Shown here: positions 18,461 through 27,471 of the stretch, piece after piece | Position numbering within the stretch: position 1 is the first letter of the stretch | Layout of the letters: every line of letters starts with the position of its first letter | Source: Candidatus Thorarchaeota archaeon | GTDB taxonomy: Archaea > Asgardarchaeota > Heimdallarchaeia > Hodarchaeales > Hodarchaeaceae | Assembly (NCBI GenBank): GCA_048882505.1 | Contig: JBHLRO010000004.1 | Location: forward strand, 170,193 to 202,192 | Direction: 5' to 3' | DNA: 32,000 nucleotides | Program-made: the position numbers and the translations under genes | Notes under the pieces: generated by a model | Seen by the model: the letters and a program-made list of their open reading frames with translations, nothing else | Database searches by the model: none | What the model was told of the DNA's origin: nothing

Positions 18461-19291
18461 ATGGGTAACCAGTCGCAGATTGATCCACGAAATAAGCTCA
18501 ATGCCTTAACCGGCAAAAATTGGGTTCAGTTTACCAAGTCATGGTTTATAGAGGATGGAAAACCAAGCGAAATATCCCCAGAGATTGAGCTCCATCCTGC
18601 TTCGTTCCCTCCTCCCATGATACGTGAATTCATTCAATTCTTTACGAAACCAGATCAATGGGTTCTTGATCCCTTTTTGGGAACAGGATCAACTTTGGTC
18701 GCCTGTGAAGAAACAAGAAGGAAGGGGGTGGGTATAGAATTGTATGAGAAATATGCCGAGACCGCAAGAAGCAGAACTGGTCTTGAAGTTATTCTAGGGG
18801 ACGCACGCAATGTTGTATCGAAGTTGAGAGATGAAAGGAAACAATTCCACCTCTGTATTACTTCCCCGCCTTATTGGAACATTTTGAGGAAGACTAAAGA
18901 CTATAATCAACAAGCGCGTATGAAAAAAGGTCTTGATCTGAAATATGGTGACAATCCAGCTGACTTGGGCCTTGTTTCAAATTACCATGATTTTTTGAAC
19001 GAAATTTTGACGTTATTTTCGGAAATCAGCTCCCTTCTAACCCCTAAAGGACATTTAGTTATATTTGCACAGAATATCCGCGACGGAGGCAATGTTCAAC
19101 CCCTGGCATTTGACCTTACAATACGTTTGAAAGAGACCGATAAATTTAGGTACCTTGGAGAAAGAATTTGGCTCCAAAACCAGAAAACATTACGCCCATA
19201 CGGGTACCCTTACTCCTTCGTATCGAACGTTCACCACCACTTTTGTCTAATCTTTCAAAAAAAAAGTAGTTCTTCAGGTTGCGCTCATTAA
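18461..19291 (+). CDS. Circularly permuted amino DNA methyltransferase, probably m4C
   Basis: Order is HPASFP, then LDPFLGTGST (motif I), then TSPPYW (motif IV). SPPY is typical of m4C enzymes. The ORF track starts at GTG 18413; ATG 18461 fits the TATA box better. Confidence 0.88.
   Translation: MGNQSQIDPRNKLNALTGKNWVQFTKSWFIEDGKPSEISPEIELHPASFPPPMIREFIQFFTKPDQWVLDPFLGTGSTLVACEETRRKGVGIELYEKYAETARSRTGLEVILGDARNVVSKLRDERKQFHLCITSPPYWNILRKTKDYNQQARMKKGLDLKYGDNPADLGLVSNYHDFLNEILTLFSEISSLLTPKGHLVIFAQNIRDGGNVQPLAFDLTIRLKETDKFRYLGERIWLQNQKTLRPYGYPYSFVSNVHHHFCLIFQKKSSSSGCAH
19257..19265 (-). terminator. T9 terminator candidate for the ABC-2 operon, embedded in the 3' end of the opposite-strand methyltransferase
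   Basis: A9 on the plus strand, 9-17 nt past the permease stop at 19274. Confidence 0.4.
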
Positions 19292-20080
19292 GTTCTCCCT
19301 GTTAAAGATTTTTATTGCAAATTTAAACGCCAAAAGATCAAATCCGCCCAATATTACAATGCCAAGTAGGATGAGCCACACATCAATCAGAAGAACAAAT
19401 AGTTGGCTAACAACCAATAACATAACTGGCAAAACGAACAACCCAGTAAGTTGTTGAGCATCCCGGGTAGATGAAACTCTAGAGCTAATCATAACGATGA
19501 ATTCAGTAGTTGCCAATGAAAGAAGAGGAGTAAAAAGGAGGATAACCAGAATAAAGCGGAGATCCGGAAGTAATAGACGATTCAAATCTTGAAACGTGAT
19601 AATATCAACGATTACTACATATAATCCACTTAATAGCCACGTTAATACTAATACTGGTATAAGACTGGATCCAATTTTCGCTGCTAAGATTTCTGATTCG
19701 GTCAAAGGCAATGCTAATAGGCCTTCTATTGTATCACGCTCCTTTTCACCTACAATTGCATCAGTTCCGACAAAGCTGGTTATCATGACAGGAACCAACA
19801 GGAGGAAGAGAAGACCGAAAACAGACATCAGTACATATGATCGAGCTCTTTCTGTAAGAAATTCCCAATCCTGCGTTAAAGGTGGGAGGAAGTTCAATAA
19901 TACCGCAAGTTCAGGATCCGTATTTCCGCTGGTGGCAAAGCTGATGGACAATAGAAAGATAATGGGGACTCCTAGGGCCATGAATGCAGGTAATACTGTC
20001 ATAGACAGTAAAATTTGCTTCGATCGAAAGGCTTCTGACCAATCCTTCTTCATTAGTTCCCAGATTCGTTCAGGCTGCAT
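19274..20080 (-). CDS. ABC-2 type transporter permease
   Basis: Six hydrophobic segments and the AIVGEKERDTIEGLLALP motif; overlaps the ATPase gene by 11 bp. Confidence 0.9.
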   Translation of the reverse strand: MQPERIWELMKKDWSEAFRSKQILLSMTVLPAFMALGVPIIFLLSISFATSGNTDPELAVLLNFLPPLTQDWEFLTERARSYVLMSVFGLLFLLLVPVMITSFVGTDAIVGEKERDTIEGLLALPLTESEILAAKIGSSLIPVLVLTWLLSGLYVVIVDIITFQDLNRLLLPDLRFILVILLFTPLLSLATTEFIVMISSRVSSTRDAQQLTGLFVLPVMLLVVSQLFVLLIDVWLILLGIVILGGFDLLAFKFAIKIFNRENLMSAT

Positions 20081-21044
20081 TTTCTTTCAATCCCGTTCCG
20101 GTGAAATCCATTATTTGCCGGTAAATATCCTCCAAGGATTTGGTTATCGGTCGAACTTCTAGAATGGAAACTCCATTGTCTACTAGGGTTTTTACGATAA
20201 TGGGAGTAATCTCCTTCATATCAGAGACTGTTGCATTTATTGTTGTGTTATCCTCCAGAAATTCCAACGATAGCACGCCATCGATTTTCTTGATGCTGGG
20301 AGATAACTGCAGCAATTCTTTAGTGGTTCTAATCATGATCTGATTGGATTTTGACACTTGTGACTGAAGGTCTTTGGTACTACCAGTAGTTATTAGCTTG
20401 CCATTCGTGATTATGCCGATGCTATCTGCTAATCTTTCCGCTTCTGGCAAATTGTGAGTTGTCATAAAAACCGTTGTGTCAAATTCCACGGCTGCCATTT
20501 CAATCGTTTCTCTTACATTTGTTTGAGCAATAGGATCTAAGCCTGCTGTTGGCTCATCCAAGAACAATAATGGTGGAGAATGAATCATCGCTCTTAAAAT
20601 CCCTAATTTTTGCTTCATCCCCTTGCTATAGGTTCCCGTAGGCGAATCTAGCCTTTCGATTAAATTGAACTGTTTAGCCAGTTCTTCAATGCGCCTTCTG
20701 GCTTCTTCATGCGCTAATCCATACATTTTTGCGAAAAAAAAGAGATTTCTTCTTGCAGTTAGCCGTAAATAAAGATTCGGACGATCAGTAAGAATCCCTA
20801 TGTTTTTTCTTATTTCCTGGGAGTTAACCTTATCTGCGATATCTTTCCCTAAGACACTAGCATGGCCACTAGTAGGAATCAACAGCGTGGCTAGTAATCT
20901 GACTGTAGTGGTTTTTCCGGCCCCATTCGGACCGAGAAAACTAAAAATCGTTCCTTCTTTAATTGTAAGAGAGAGTTGGTTAACTGCTACTATATTGGGA
21001 CGAAAAATCTTAGTCAGATCTCTAGTTTCGATAATATTGGTCAA
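20070..21044 (-). CDS. ABC transporter ATP-binding protein (ABC-2/CcmA-like)
   Basis: GPNGAGKTT, YSKGMKQ, FLDEPTAGLD, TTHN. TTG start. Confidence 0.95.
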   Translation of the reverse strand: MTNIIETRDLTKIFRPNIVAVNQLSLTIKEGTIFSFLGPNGAGKTTTVRLLATLLIPTSGHASVLGKDIADKVNSQEIRKNIGILTDRPNLYLRLTARRNLFFFAKMYGLAHEEARRRIEELAKQFNLIERLDSPTGTYSKGMKQKLGILRAMIHSPPLLFLDEPTAGLDPIAQTNVRETIEMAAVEFDTTVFMTTHNLPEAERLADSIGIITNGKLITTGSTKDLQSQVSKSNQIMIRTTKELLQLSPSIKKIDGVLSLEFLEDNTTINATVSDMKEITPIIVKTLVDNGVSILEVRPITKSLEDIYRQIMDFTGTGLKENAA

Positions 21045-21119
21045 GGATTACTTTCATCTCCTATATGAGACAAAAAGAATTGGAAATTGATTTAAAAACC
21101 TGTCAACATGATTTAATAT

Positions 21120-22268
21120 TCATATCTGCAAAGAATCTTCGATGGCCTGAGTAATACAATTTAAACCTCCAGCAAGCTGTTCATTATCCGGATATCCATA
21201 TCCAATTCGCATAAAACGTCTGTCTAATTCAAACCAATACCCTGGGGCCACGAAAGTATGATATTTCATTTTCAAAGTTTCATAAAACTGTTCGACATCC
21301 AAATAGATCTGAGACTTGATTCGCGGTAAAGCAATAACTCCACCTGTTGGTTTTATCCACTCCATATACGGATTTTTGGCCATCCAGTTGCTCAGGATTC
21401 CAAAATTTCTCTTTACATGTGCTTGAATTCCTGATAGAAATTCTTCCTTTCTGCTGAGGAAATGTGCCGCAATCTCTTCATCTACAATTGAATTACAGAT
21501 GTAAATGAGTTCTTTTGCAGCAAGAAAATTATACATTAAGGTTTCATTTTGACTAATCAGCCACCCGAGTCGAATCCCTGGGAGACCGTATGCCTTAGAA
21601 AATGATGAAACACTGATAACGTTTTCGCTCAAAGACGCTGCAATTGGAAGAGGTTTATTAGGTGTCATTTCCCTATATGTCTCATCCAATAGTAAATAGC
21701 AATCATGAGATTCAACGAGCTCAACTATCTCCTCTAATTCAGCATCAGTTATCAAAGTCCCAGTGGGATTTTGTGGGTAAGTGAGACTTACAAGGCGGGT
21801 ACTCGGTTTTATCAACTGTTCCAGCTCCGCTACTTCTAGCCTGAATTGGTTTTCCATTGATAATTCTAAGTAATCTATTGGACAACCTATAGCCCGCGGA
21901 GTTTCGAGATTGGCGGCGTAGTTCGGATGCAGGAGTACCACGTGATCACTTGGCCTAAGAAGAGAAGTTGCAACAATAAATAAGGCTCCAGCAGCTCCTG
22001 TGGTCACCATCACTTGTTCAAAAGATACAGAATCTCCTGCAATCAGACTTCTGAGGCGAGGATTGCCCATATGATCTATATATCTTAGTACCAACTCATC
22101 CAATTCTAATCCTAATTTTCCAAGTACAAAATCTGGAACAGAACTTTCCGCAAGATTATAACGTATCCTCTCATAGCCAAACTCTTCAGGTGATTCAAAC
22201 TCGATTGGGTTACGACGATATGCCAGATGCCCTTGAACTTTTATTGAAGAAGAATCTAAGTTTTGCAA
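21120..22268 (-). CDS. PLP-dependent aminotransferase, class I/II
   Basis: PQNPTG, LLDETY and SSFSKAYGLPGIRLGW (PLP lysine). TTG start is uncertain. Confidence 0.92.
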   Translation of the reverse strand: MQNLDSSSIKVQGHLAYRRNPIEFESPEEFGYERIRYNLAESSVPDFVLGKLGLELDELVLRYIDHMGNPRLRSLIAGDSVSFEQVMVTTGAAGALFIVATSLLRPSDHVVLLHPNYAANLETPRAIGCPIDYLELSMENQFRLEVAELEQLIKPSTRLVSLTYPQNPTGTLITDAELEEIVELVESHDCYLLLDETYREMTPNKPLPIAASLSENVISVSSFSKAYGLPGIRLGWLISQNETLMYNFLAAKELIYICNSIVDEEIAAHFLSRKEEFLSGIQAHVKRNFGILSNWMAKNPYMEWIKPTGGVIALPRIKSQIYLDVEQFYETLKMKYHTFVAPGYWFELDRRFMRIGYGYPDNEQLAGGLNCITQAIEDSLQI

Positions 22269-22425
22269 AGAATTTAACTTCCTAGTTTCCGGTGATACGC
22301 GCCCAACTGGTAGAAGGGTATCGCAAATTTAATGTTAATTTCGTTTCTGGAGGATGAAATAGTTATTTATTCATCTATAATCAAAAGCTTTCAGTCTTTT
22401 GTGTGCAAAAAGGAAGAATAATGAG

Positions 22426-22803
22426 ATGTCAGATAAGATAGACTTGTTTAAAGGGATTAATCGCGTCATGAATCCGGAAACCTTGACAAATCTGGAAAAA
22501 CAGCACAAAGTCTCAATAGAAGTTCCCGATAAAGTCAATTCTAACGTTTCCTTCGATGTTGAACTAGCTATTGGCCATGATGACCCTCATCCCCACGATC
22601 CAGATCATTTTATACAATATATCGAGCTTTTTTCGGGTGAAGCACTTGTTTCAAGATATGAGATGCCCGCAGTAACCATAAACATACCGTCAATAAAAGT
22701 TACAATTCAATTGCCTGGTTGGGCCGACTCTGAGCTTGTGGTAAGAGCCCGCTGCAATCTACATGGGATTTGGGAAGCCCGTAGAAAAATTCAATTAGTC
22801 TAA
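22426..22803 (+). CDS. sor: Superoxide reductase (neelaredoxin / class II SORL domain)
   Basis: EKQH, HPHDPDHFIQYIEL and RCNLHGIWE supply four His plus one Cys iron ligands. ATG 22426 preferred over TTG 22399. Confidence 0.85.
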   Translation: MSDKIDLFKGINRVMNPETLTNLEKQHKVSIEVPDKVNSNVSFDVELAIGHDDPHPHDPDHFIQYIELFSGEALVSRYEMPAVTINIPSIKVTIQLPGWADSELVVRARCNLHGIWEARRKIQLV

Positions 22804-23298
22804 TTTGCTATGGTCGTATATAAATGGTGGTTGGATACCAAGGATCCGCAGATAGAGACATAATTGGCCTCGATGGTGAATAACTTCTTCTAGGACTGTG
22901 CTTAGTGATTCAAATCCACGTATCTTTATATTTCCCCAGCATTCATATGTGACATCTTTTCTCATATCTTCTTCTGTAAACTTTGGCAAAATCTCCCTAA
23001 TGGCTTTCTTAACGCGATTCCCGTAGTCGAGAATGTCCGTGGAGGATCTTACTTTCTTTGGATCAAAGGGAATCAAAGAATAGTCAGTATCGGAGAATTT
23101 ACCGTTAAGAGTTCCCATGGCATATATTAATGCGCATTGGTACACGTGTATTGCCAATTCTGAAGCTGTCATCGTTCTTTCTGCAGGTTTCCAATCTAGC
23201 TTATTATCTGGAATAATTGAAATTGCTTTATCCAAAGGATTCATAGCCATATTAATAGCATAATTGAGAGACCCTTTTGCATTTTCAAGAAGTGACAT
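22795..23298 (-). CDS. DinB family protein
   Basis: WKP...TASELAIHVY and EEVIHHRGQL (His triad). Confidence 0.88.
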   Translation of the reverse strand: MSLLENAKGSLNYAINMAMNPLDKAISIIPDNKLDWKPAERTMTASELAIHVYQCALIYAMGTLNGKFSDTDYSLIPFDPKKVRSSTDILDYGNRVKKAIREILPKFTEEDMRKDVTYECWGNIKIRGFESLSTVLEEVIHHRGQLCLYLRILGIQPPFIYDHSKLD

Positions 23299-23388
23299 CT
23301 CAACACACTTCAGTTTAAATTACTTTGAAAGGTATAGAGATAATTTTAATATCTTTCTCCTTTCGCCAGTGCAAAATTGGAGTTTATT

Positions 23389-25197
23389 TTATTTATTATA
23401 AAATTCATCAAGTCTTGTTTCTATAACATTTATTTCATTCCCGTTTAAACCGTAATACTTGAACACAAGCCGATTCAGTTCTCTATTAATCGCTATATAT
23501 TCCTCAGAGTCCTCGATCTCATCAACAGACTTTTGGATTTCGATTCCTCTCTCTACTAGATTCTGCAATCTATGGACTTTTTCGATAAGCCTGGCTTGTT
23601 CGATTCTGTCTATTATTGGAACTGGCAGATATCCAAGATATTCTTGGTCAATTGAGGTTGATAACCTAGATCTCATGAAGATCTGGTCAATAACATAGAG
23701 GGAGATCAGATCAGAATTCAATATCCCCAAAACGAAGTCCAGATCCCATGGTGCATCGTCATTTAATATGAGATTCTCTATCGTACTGATAGTCACAATC
23801 CCATTGTTATCACTGGTTGCTACAAGGCGAGTTTTTGAAGAAACCAACCTTTGCAGAACTATCTTGGGACGTGTAGTAATTAACTGGAATTTTCGTGAAG
23901 CATTGGATTTTCTCGCGTTTGGTAGATAGTAATAGCCCTTTATTCCATAACGCATGATATTGGTTCCCTTAATAGCGGGAAGAGTGTTCTCAGAATCTCT
24001 AGATCTCGTTAAATCACGTTCCCATCCCATTCCACGAAATATCCCTATCTGTTTTCTGCCGCGATCAGAGTAGCGGTGTGTATGACTGATAAGAAACTCT
24101 GACCTGGATTCAATTTTCTGAACAATACCTGAAATCGCTTCATCCATGAATATCCTAAATCTAAGCTTACGATCTTTTAGAAAATATTTCTGAAGGGTAA
24201 ATGTTTCCCTAAAGATGCGTTTTGCCAGATTTTCTATATCGAAGACAACGCGTACCGTGTGCCCGTCTTCGGGAGGTTTATTTTGAAGAAAGATTATGAC
24301 TTGCTCAAGTCCAACTTCTGAGAACGCTTTTCCCAAATGGGCCACCTCTATGATTGAATACCGCTCCAATAAATATTTCCGGACCTCAATAAATCTATCA
24401 GAAAACAACAAACTCGCAGGGAGAAGGAAGGCTAATATCCCGTTATCTGAAAGCAGGTGAGAATAACGAATGAAAAAGAGTGAACATATGTTTGGTTTAG
24501 GACCGAAGGCTAGCATTGGATATTCTGAGACAAAACCAGGAAAACGGTTCATTTCATAATACGGGGGATTTCCAACGACGAACATGAATTTATGATCGAA
24601 AACAACTGATAACTTCCTTTTATTATCGCAAATCGTGCTTCTAACTGCATCTTGTGCGTAAAAGTTTGGTGGCAGCCAGTTTACATTTGAAACATTCTCT
24701 CTCATCGCCATATTTAGTTTGCTTAATTGAATGGCGAATTCATCTATATCTATCCCATAAATTGATGTTTGCAAAGATCTGTTTATCTCTCTCTCGCTCC
24801 AGTTACGCGTCATCATGATCTCCTGCATGTTTTTCCGAAAAGCCAATAAAAAGCCGCCACTTCCGCAGGAGGGGTCCAATATTTTAGGTGAATTCCCTTT
24901 TTCCAATTCCGTAACGAAGTCGCTTATGGGAAGCTTTGAAATCACGTAACGAATGATCTCTGGAGGGGTGTAGTATTGGCCGTTCGCATTTCGAGTTTCT
25001 CGTGACTGGATATGAGTATACAACTCTCCCAAAATGTCAAAATCGAAATAATTCAAGTCAGAGTGTCGTAAATCTTTCATTAGATTTAGTATTATCTGGT
25101 TATCCACATGATTTTTCTCTCTATACAGTCTTTCAAAAAGCTCCCTGACCTTGATGTAATTATCATTCGAGGAATACCGAGAGGATACGTTTTTCAC
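23389..25197 (-). CDS. Gamma-class N6-adenine DNA methyltransferase (TaqI/Eco57I-like), no endonuclease domain
   Basis: DILGELY, GQYYTPPEI, LDPSCGSGGFL, YGIDID, VGNPPY, TaqI_C-like tail (LGILNSDL). GTG start. Confidence 0.9.
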   Translation of the reverse strand: MKNVSSRYSSNDNYIKVRELFERLYREKNHVDNQIILNLMKDLRHSDLNYFDFDILGELYTHIQSRETRNANGQYYTPPEIIRYVISKLPISDFVTELEKGNSPKILDPSCGSGGFLLAFRKNMQEIMMTRNWSEREINRSLQTSIYGIDIDEFAIQLSKLNMAMRENVSNVNWLPPNFYAQDAVRSTICDNKRKLSVVFDHKFMFVVGNPPYYEMNRFPGFVSEYPMLAFGPKPNICSLFFIRYSHLLSDNGILAFLLPASLLFSDRFIEVRKYLLERYSIIEVAHLGKAFSEVGLEQVIIFLQNKPPEDGHTVRVVFDIENLAKRIFRETFTLQKYFLKDRKLRFRIFMDEAISGIVQKIESRSEFLISHTHRYSDRGRKQIGIFRGMGWERDLTRSRDSENTLPAIKGTNIMRYGIKGYYYLPNARKSNASRKFQLITTRPKIVLQRLVSSKTRLVATSDNNGIVTISTIENLILNDDAPWDLDFVLGILNSDLISLYVIDQIFMRSRLSTSIDQEYLGYLPVPIIDRIEQARLIEKVHRLQNLVERGIEIQKSVDEIEDSEEYIAINRELNRLVFKYYGLNGNEINVIETRLDEFYNK

Positions 25198-25449
25198 TTA
25201 TATCAGCTGCGAAATGTTCAGTGCAAAGCAAGGTATCAGTTTTTGCCTTCTGTGTTGGTGAGCATTGGTAAATACTTAAGAACAATTAAGCCCTCAAAAA
25301 TTTAGATTATTTCGTGAATGTTTTAAAAGTGAGATGTAACTACCCCCTTGAGTGATAGATCGGATAATTAGGTTTGCTTATAGGAACGATAAAACTCGTA
25401 AATTTAGAAAAACAGACGAATGGACAGATTTCACACGCTTTAGGAAGGT

Positions 25450-26541
25450 TTGAGCAAGGTGTATGATGTCATCTTCGCCATAATGGATGATGTGAAAGGG
25501 CCCGTTGCTCTCTATTCATCCCTTCCCTCTACTGAGGATTCACAGCAAATAGCTGTCAAAGCCTTCATTGCAATTGGTGCCATGGAGCAAGATCAGGATT
25601 TACAGGGCAGACAGGCAGTTGTTCCGTTTCCTGGATTAGGACGTTTGGCTTTTTACACGATGTTCCCTGTTCCCACAAGTGATGGCAAAACTCAATGGGC
25701 GGCTCTAGGATTCATTGGGGAAACCGAAAACAGCATAGAATTTTACAAATCACTCCCTAACTCGCAAAAACTATTGTCGGATATCGTATCCGTCTTCCAA
25801 CGGAATTTCAAATACTTGGGAATCGATCAATCCAAGCTAAGTCCCGACCTAATAAACAGTCTTACTTCCTTAAGACATGCTGATCGGGAGGCGGCAATTG
25901 AAAAGTCTAGTATTACGATGCCCGGCAAAGCCACAGTTTCAGTGGATACCTTAGAAGATTTCAAGCAGGCTGATCTTTCCTTCTTGCTCGAATATTTTCC
26001 TAAGGATTTGGATAAGGTTATTTACTCGCTACTGATGGAAGAACCGATCTTATTGGTTGGAGATATAAAAGATATCGTAAGTAAGATCGTTGCTTCCATA
26101 GAAATACTCCTCCCTCACAGAGTTCTCAAGAAGCAATATGTATCTACATATATTGATCCTGAAAACAGGGACATATTGATCTGCTCGTCCCATGTTAATT
26201 TTCTAAAGAAATACAAAGGATTAACTACCGTCGATCTTCTTAATCGTAAGATTGCCTCTAGAATTAAGGGGGTACCATCCATTAGCGATCTGATCATTAC
26301 ATTAAAACTCGCCCCTAAAAATACGCAAGAAACCATTATCCGCGCATACATTGATGAACTACTGGCAAAAACAACAGAGCTTATGGAGTTATGCGAAAAA
26401 GATCAGATAGATCGATCTGAGATTAGCATATTCCGTTCCACACTCAAAGCTGACGAACTAAACATCGTTATTTCAATGGTAAAGAAATATGCTCCTCAAA
26501 TGGAAGGCAAGCTGTTCTATTTTGCAAGATCGATGATTTAG
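25450..26541 (+). CDS. DENN-like protein (longin-type N-domain, DENN core, helical C-domain)
   Basis: IFAIMDDVKGPVALYSSLP resembles the uDENN/longin FxxFDxxxGPxxxYxxP start. VIYSLLMEEPILLVG..IVSKIVASIEILLP resembles the cDENN core. TTG start preceded by AGGAAGG. Confidence 0.65.
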   Translation: MSKVYDVIFAIMDDVKGPVALYSSLPSTEDSQQIAVKAFIAIGAMEQDQDLQGRQAVVPFPGLGRLAFYTMFPVPTSDGKTQWAALGFIGETENSIEFYKSLPNSQKLLSDIVSVFQRNFKYLGIDQSKLSPDLINSLTSLRHADREAAIEKSSITMPGKATVSVDTLEDFKQADLSFLLEYFPKDLDKVIYSLLMEEPILLVGDIKDIVSKIVASIEILLPHRVLKKQYVSTYIDPENRDILICSSHVNFLKKYKGLTTVDLLNRKIASRIKGVPSISDLIITLKLAPKNTQETIIRAYIDELLAKTTELMELCEKDQIDRSEISIFRSTLKADELNIVISMVKKYAPQMEGKLFYFARSMI

Positions 26542-26725
26542 ATAAAAACTGGGCGTGTACTGGCTAGATTTTGCTTGATTGGAACCATTGTGTTCATCGT
26601 TTCGCATGCATTCCATTTTGGCATTCAAAATTGGTTTGATACCAAGAGAATATCACAATTGGGAATGAGCTTGTAAGCGTGTCTCAATTTAGGAAAGAAG
26701 ACTGAATTCATCACTATCAAAGGTT

Positions 26726-27451
26726 TTGGTCATGGCTAAAGCGCTATATCTCGAAGATATGTTCATGAAGGAATTTAAGGCCAAGGTGATTTCTGTAACC
26801 AACGAAAAATATATCGTGCTGGATCAAACTGCATTTTATCCAAAATCAGGCGGTATTGCCAACGATACAGGAACATTAACTCGAAGGGGGGATAATGAAG
26901 TATTTAAGGTAGTTTATGTGGGAAAATTTTCTGGAGAAACTTCTCATGAAGTTGATCAAGAAGGATTGGCTGTAGGGGATGAAGTAACAGGCAAGCTTGA
27001 TTGGGGACGTCGATACACCCTGATGCGTTACCATACAGCCGCTCATGTGCTGAGCGGTGCTTTTTATAAATTCCTAGGTGCAAAAATTACGGGAAATGAA
27101 ATTTCAAGTCCTGACCAAGGTAGAATCGATTTTAATTTAGAAAATTTCGATAGATCCCTAATTGAGGAGCATGTGGAGAAAAGTAATGAAATCATTCAGA
27201 AGGATCACCCAGTGCAAGCCTATTACATGAGTCGAGACGAAGTAGAGAGTGAACCCGACCTTGTTAAGTTGTCCATGGGTCTTCCCAAGGGACTCAAAAG
27301 AATCAGGATAGTGGATATTAGAGGATTTGACCGTCAACCAGATGGCGGATGTCACATCAAATCCCTAAAAGAAATAGGTAAAATCAGACTAAAGAAAATG
27401 GTTAACAAAGGTAAGAATAACCGACGGTTATATTTCACCTTGGAGAACTAA
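26726..27451 (+). CDS. alaX: Alanyl-tRNA editing protein AlaX-M
   Basis: LYLED, LDQTAFYPKSGG..DTG, MRYHTAAHVL (HxxxH), DGGCH and EIG. Confidence 0.92.
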   Translation: MVMAKALYLEDMFMKEFKAKVISVTNEKYIVLDQTAFYPKSGGIANDTGTLTRRGDNEVFKVVYVGKFSGETSHEVDQEGLAVGDEVTGKLDWGRRYTLMRYHTAAHVLSGAFYKFLGAKITGNEISSPDQGRIDFNLENFDRSLIEEHVEKSNEIIQKDHPVQAYYMSRDEVESEPDLVKLSMGLPKGLKRIRIVDIRGFDRQPDGGCHIKSLKEIGKIRLKKMVNKGKNNRRLYFTLEN

Positions 27452-27471
27452 TTCTCCTTCGGGAAGGTATC

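Noticed and set aside
19596-20162. 188-aa plus-strand ORF
   Set aside because: Antisense to the ABC-2 permease and ATPase, with no recognisable domain.
22750-22764. Selenocysteine in the superoxide reductase
   Set aside because: The ligand codon is TGC (Cys); no in-frame TGA.
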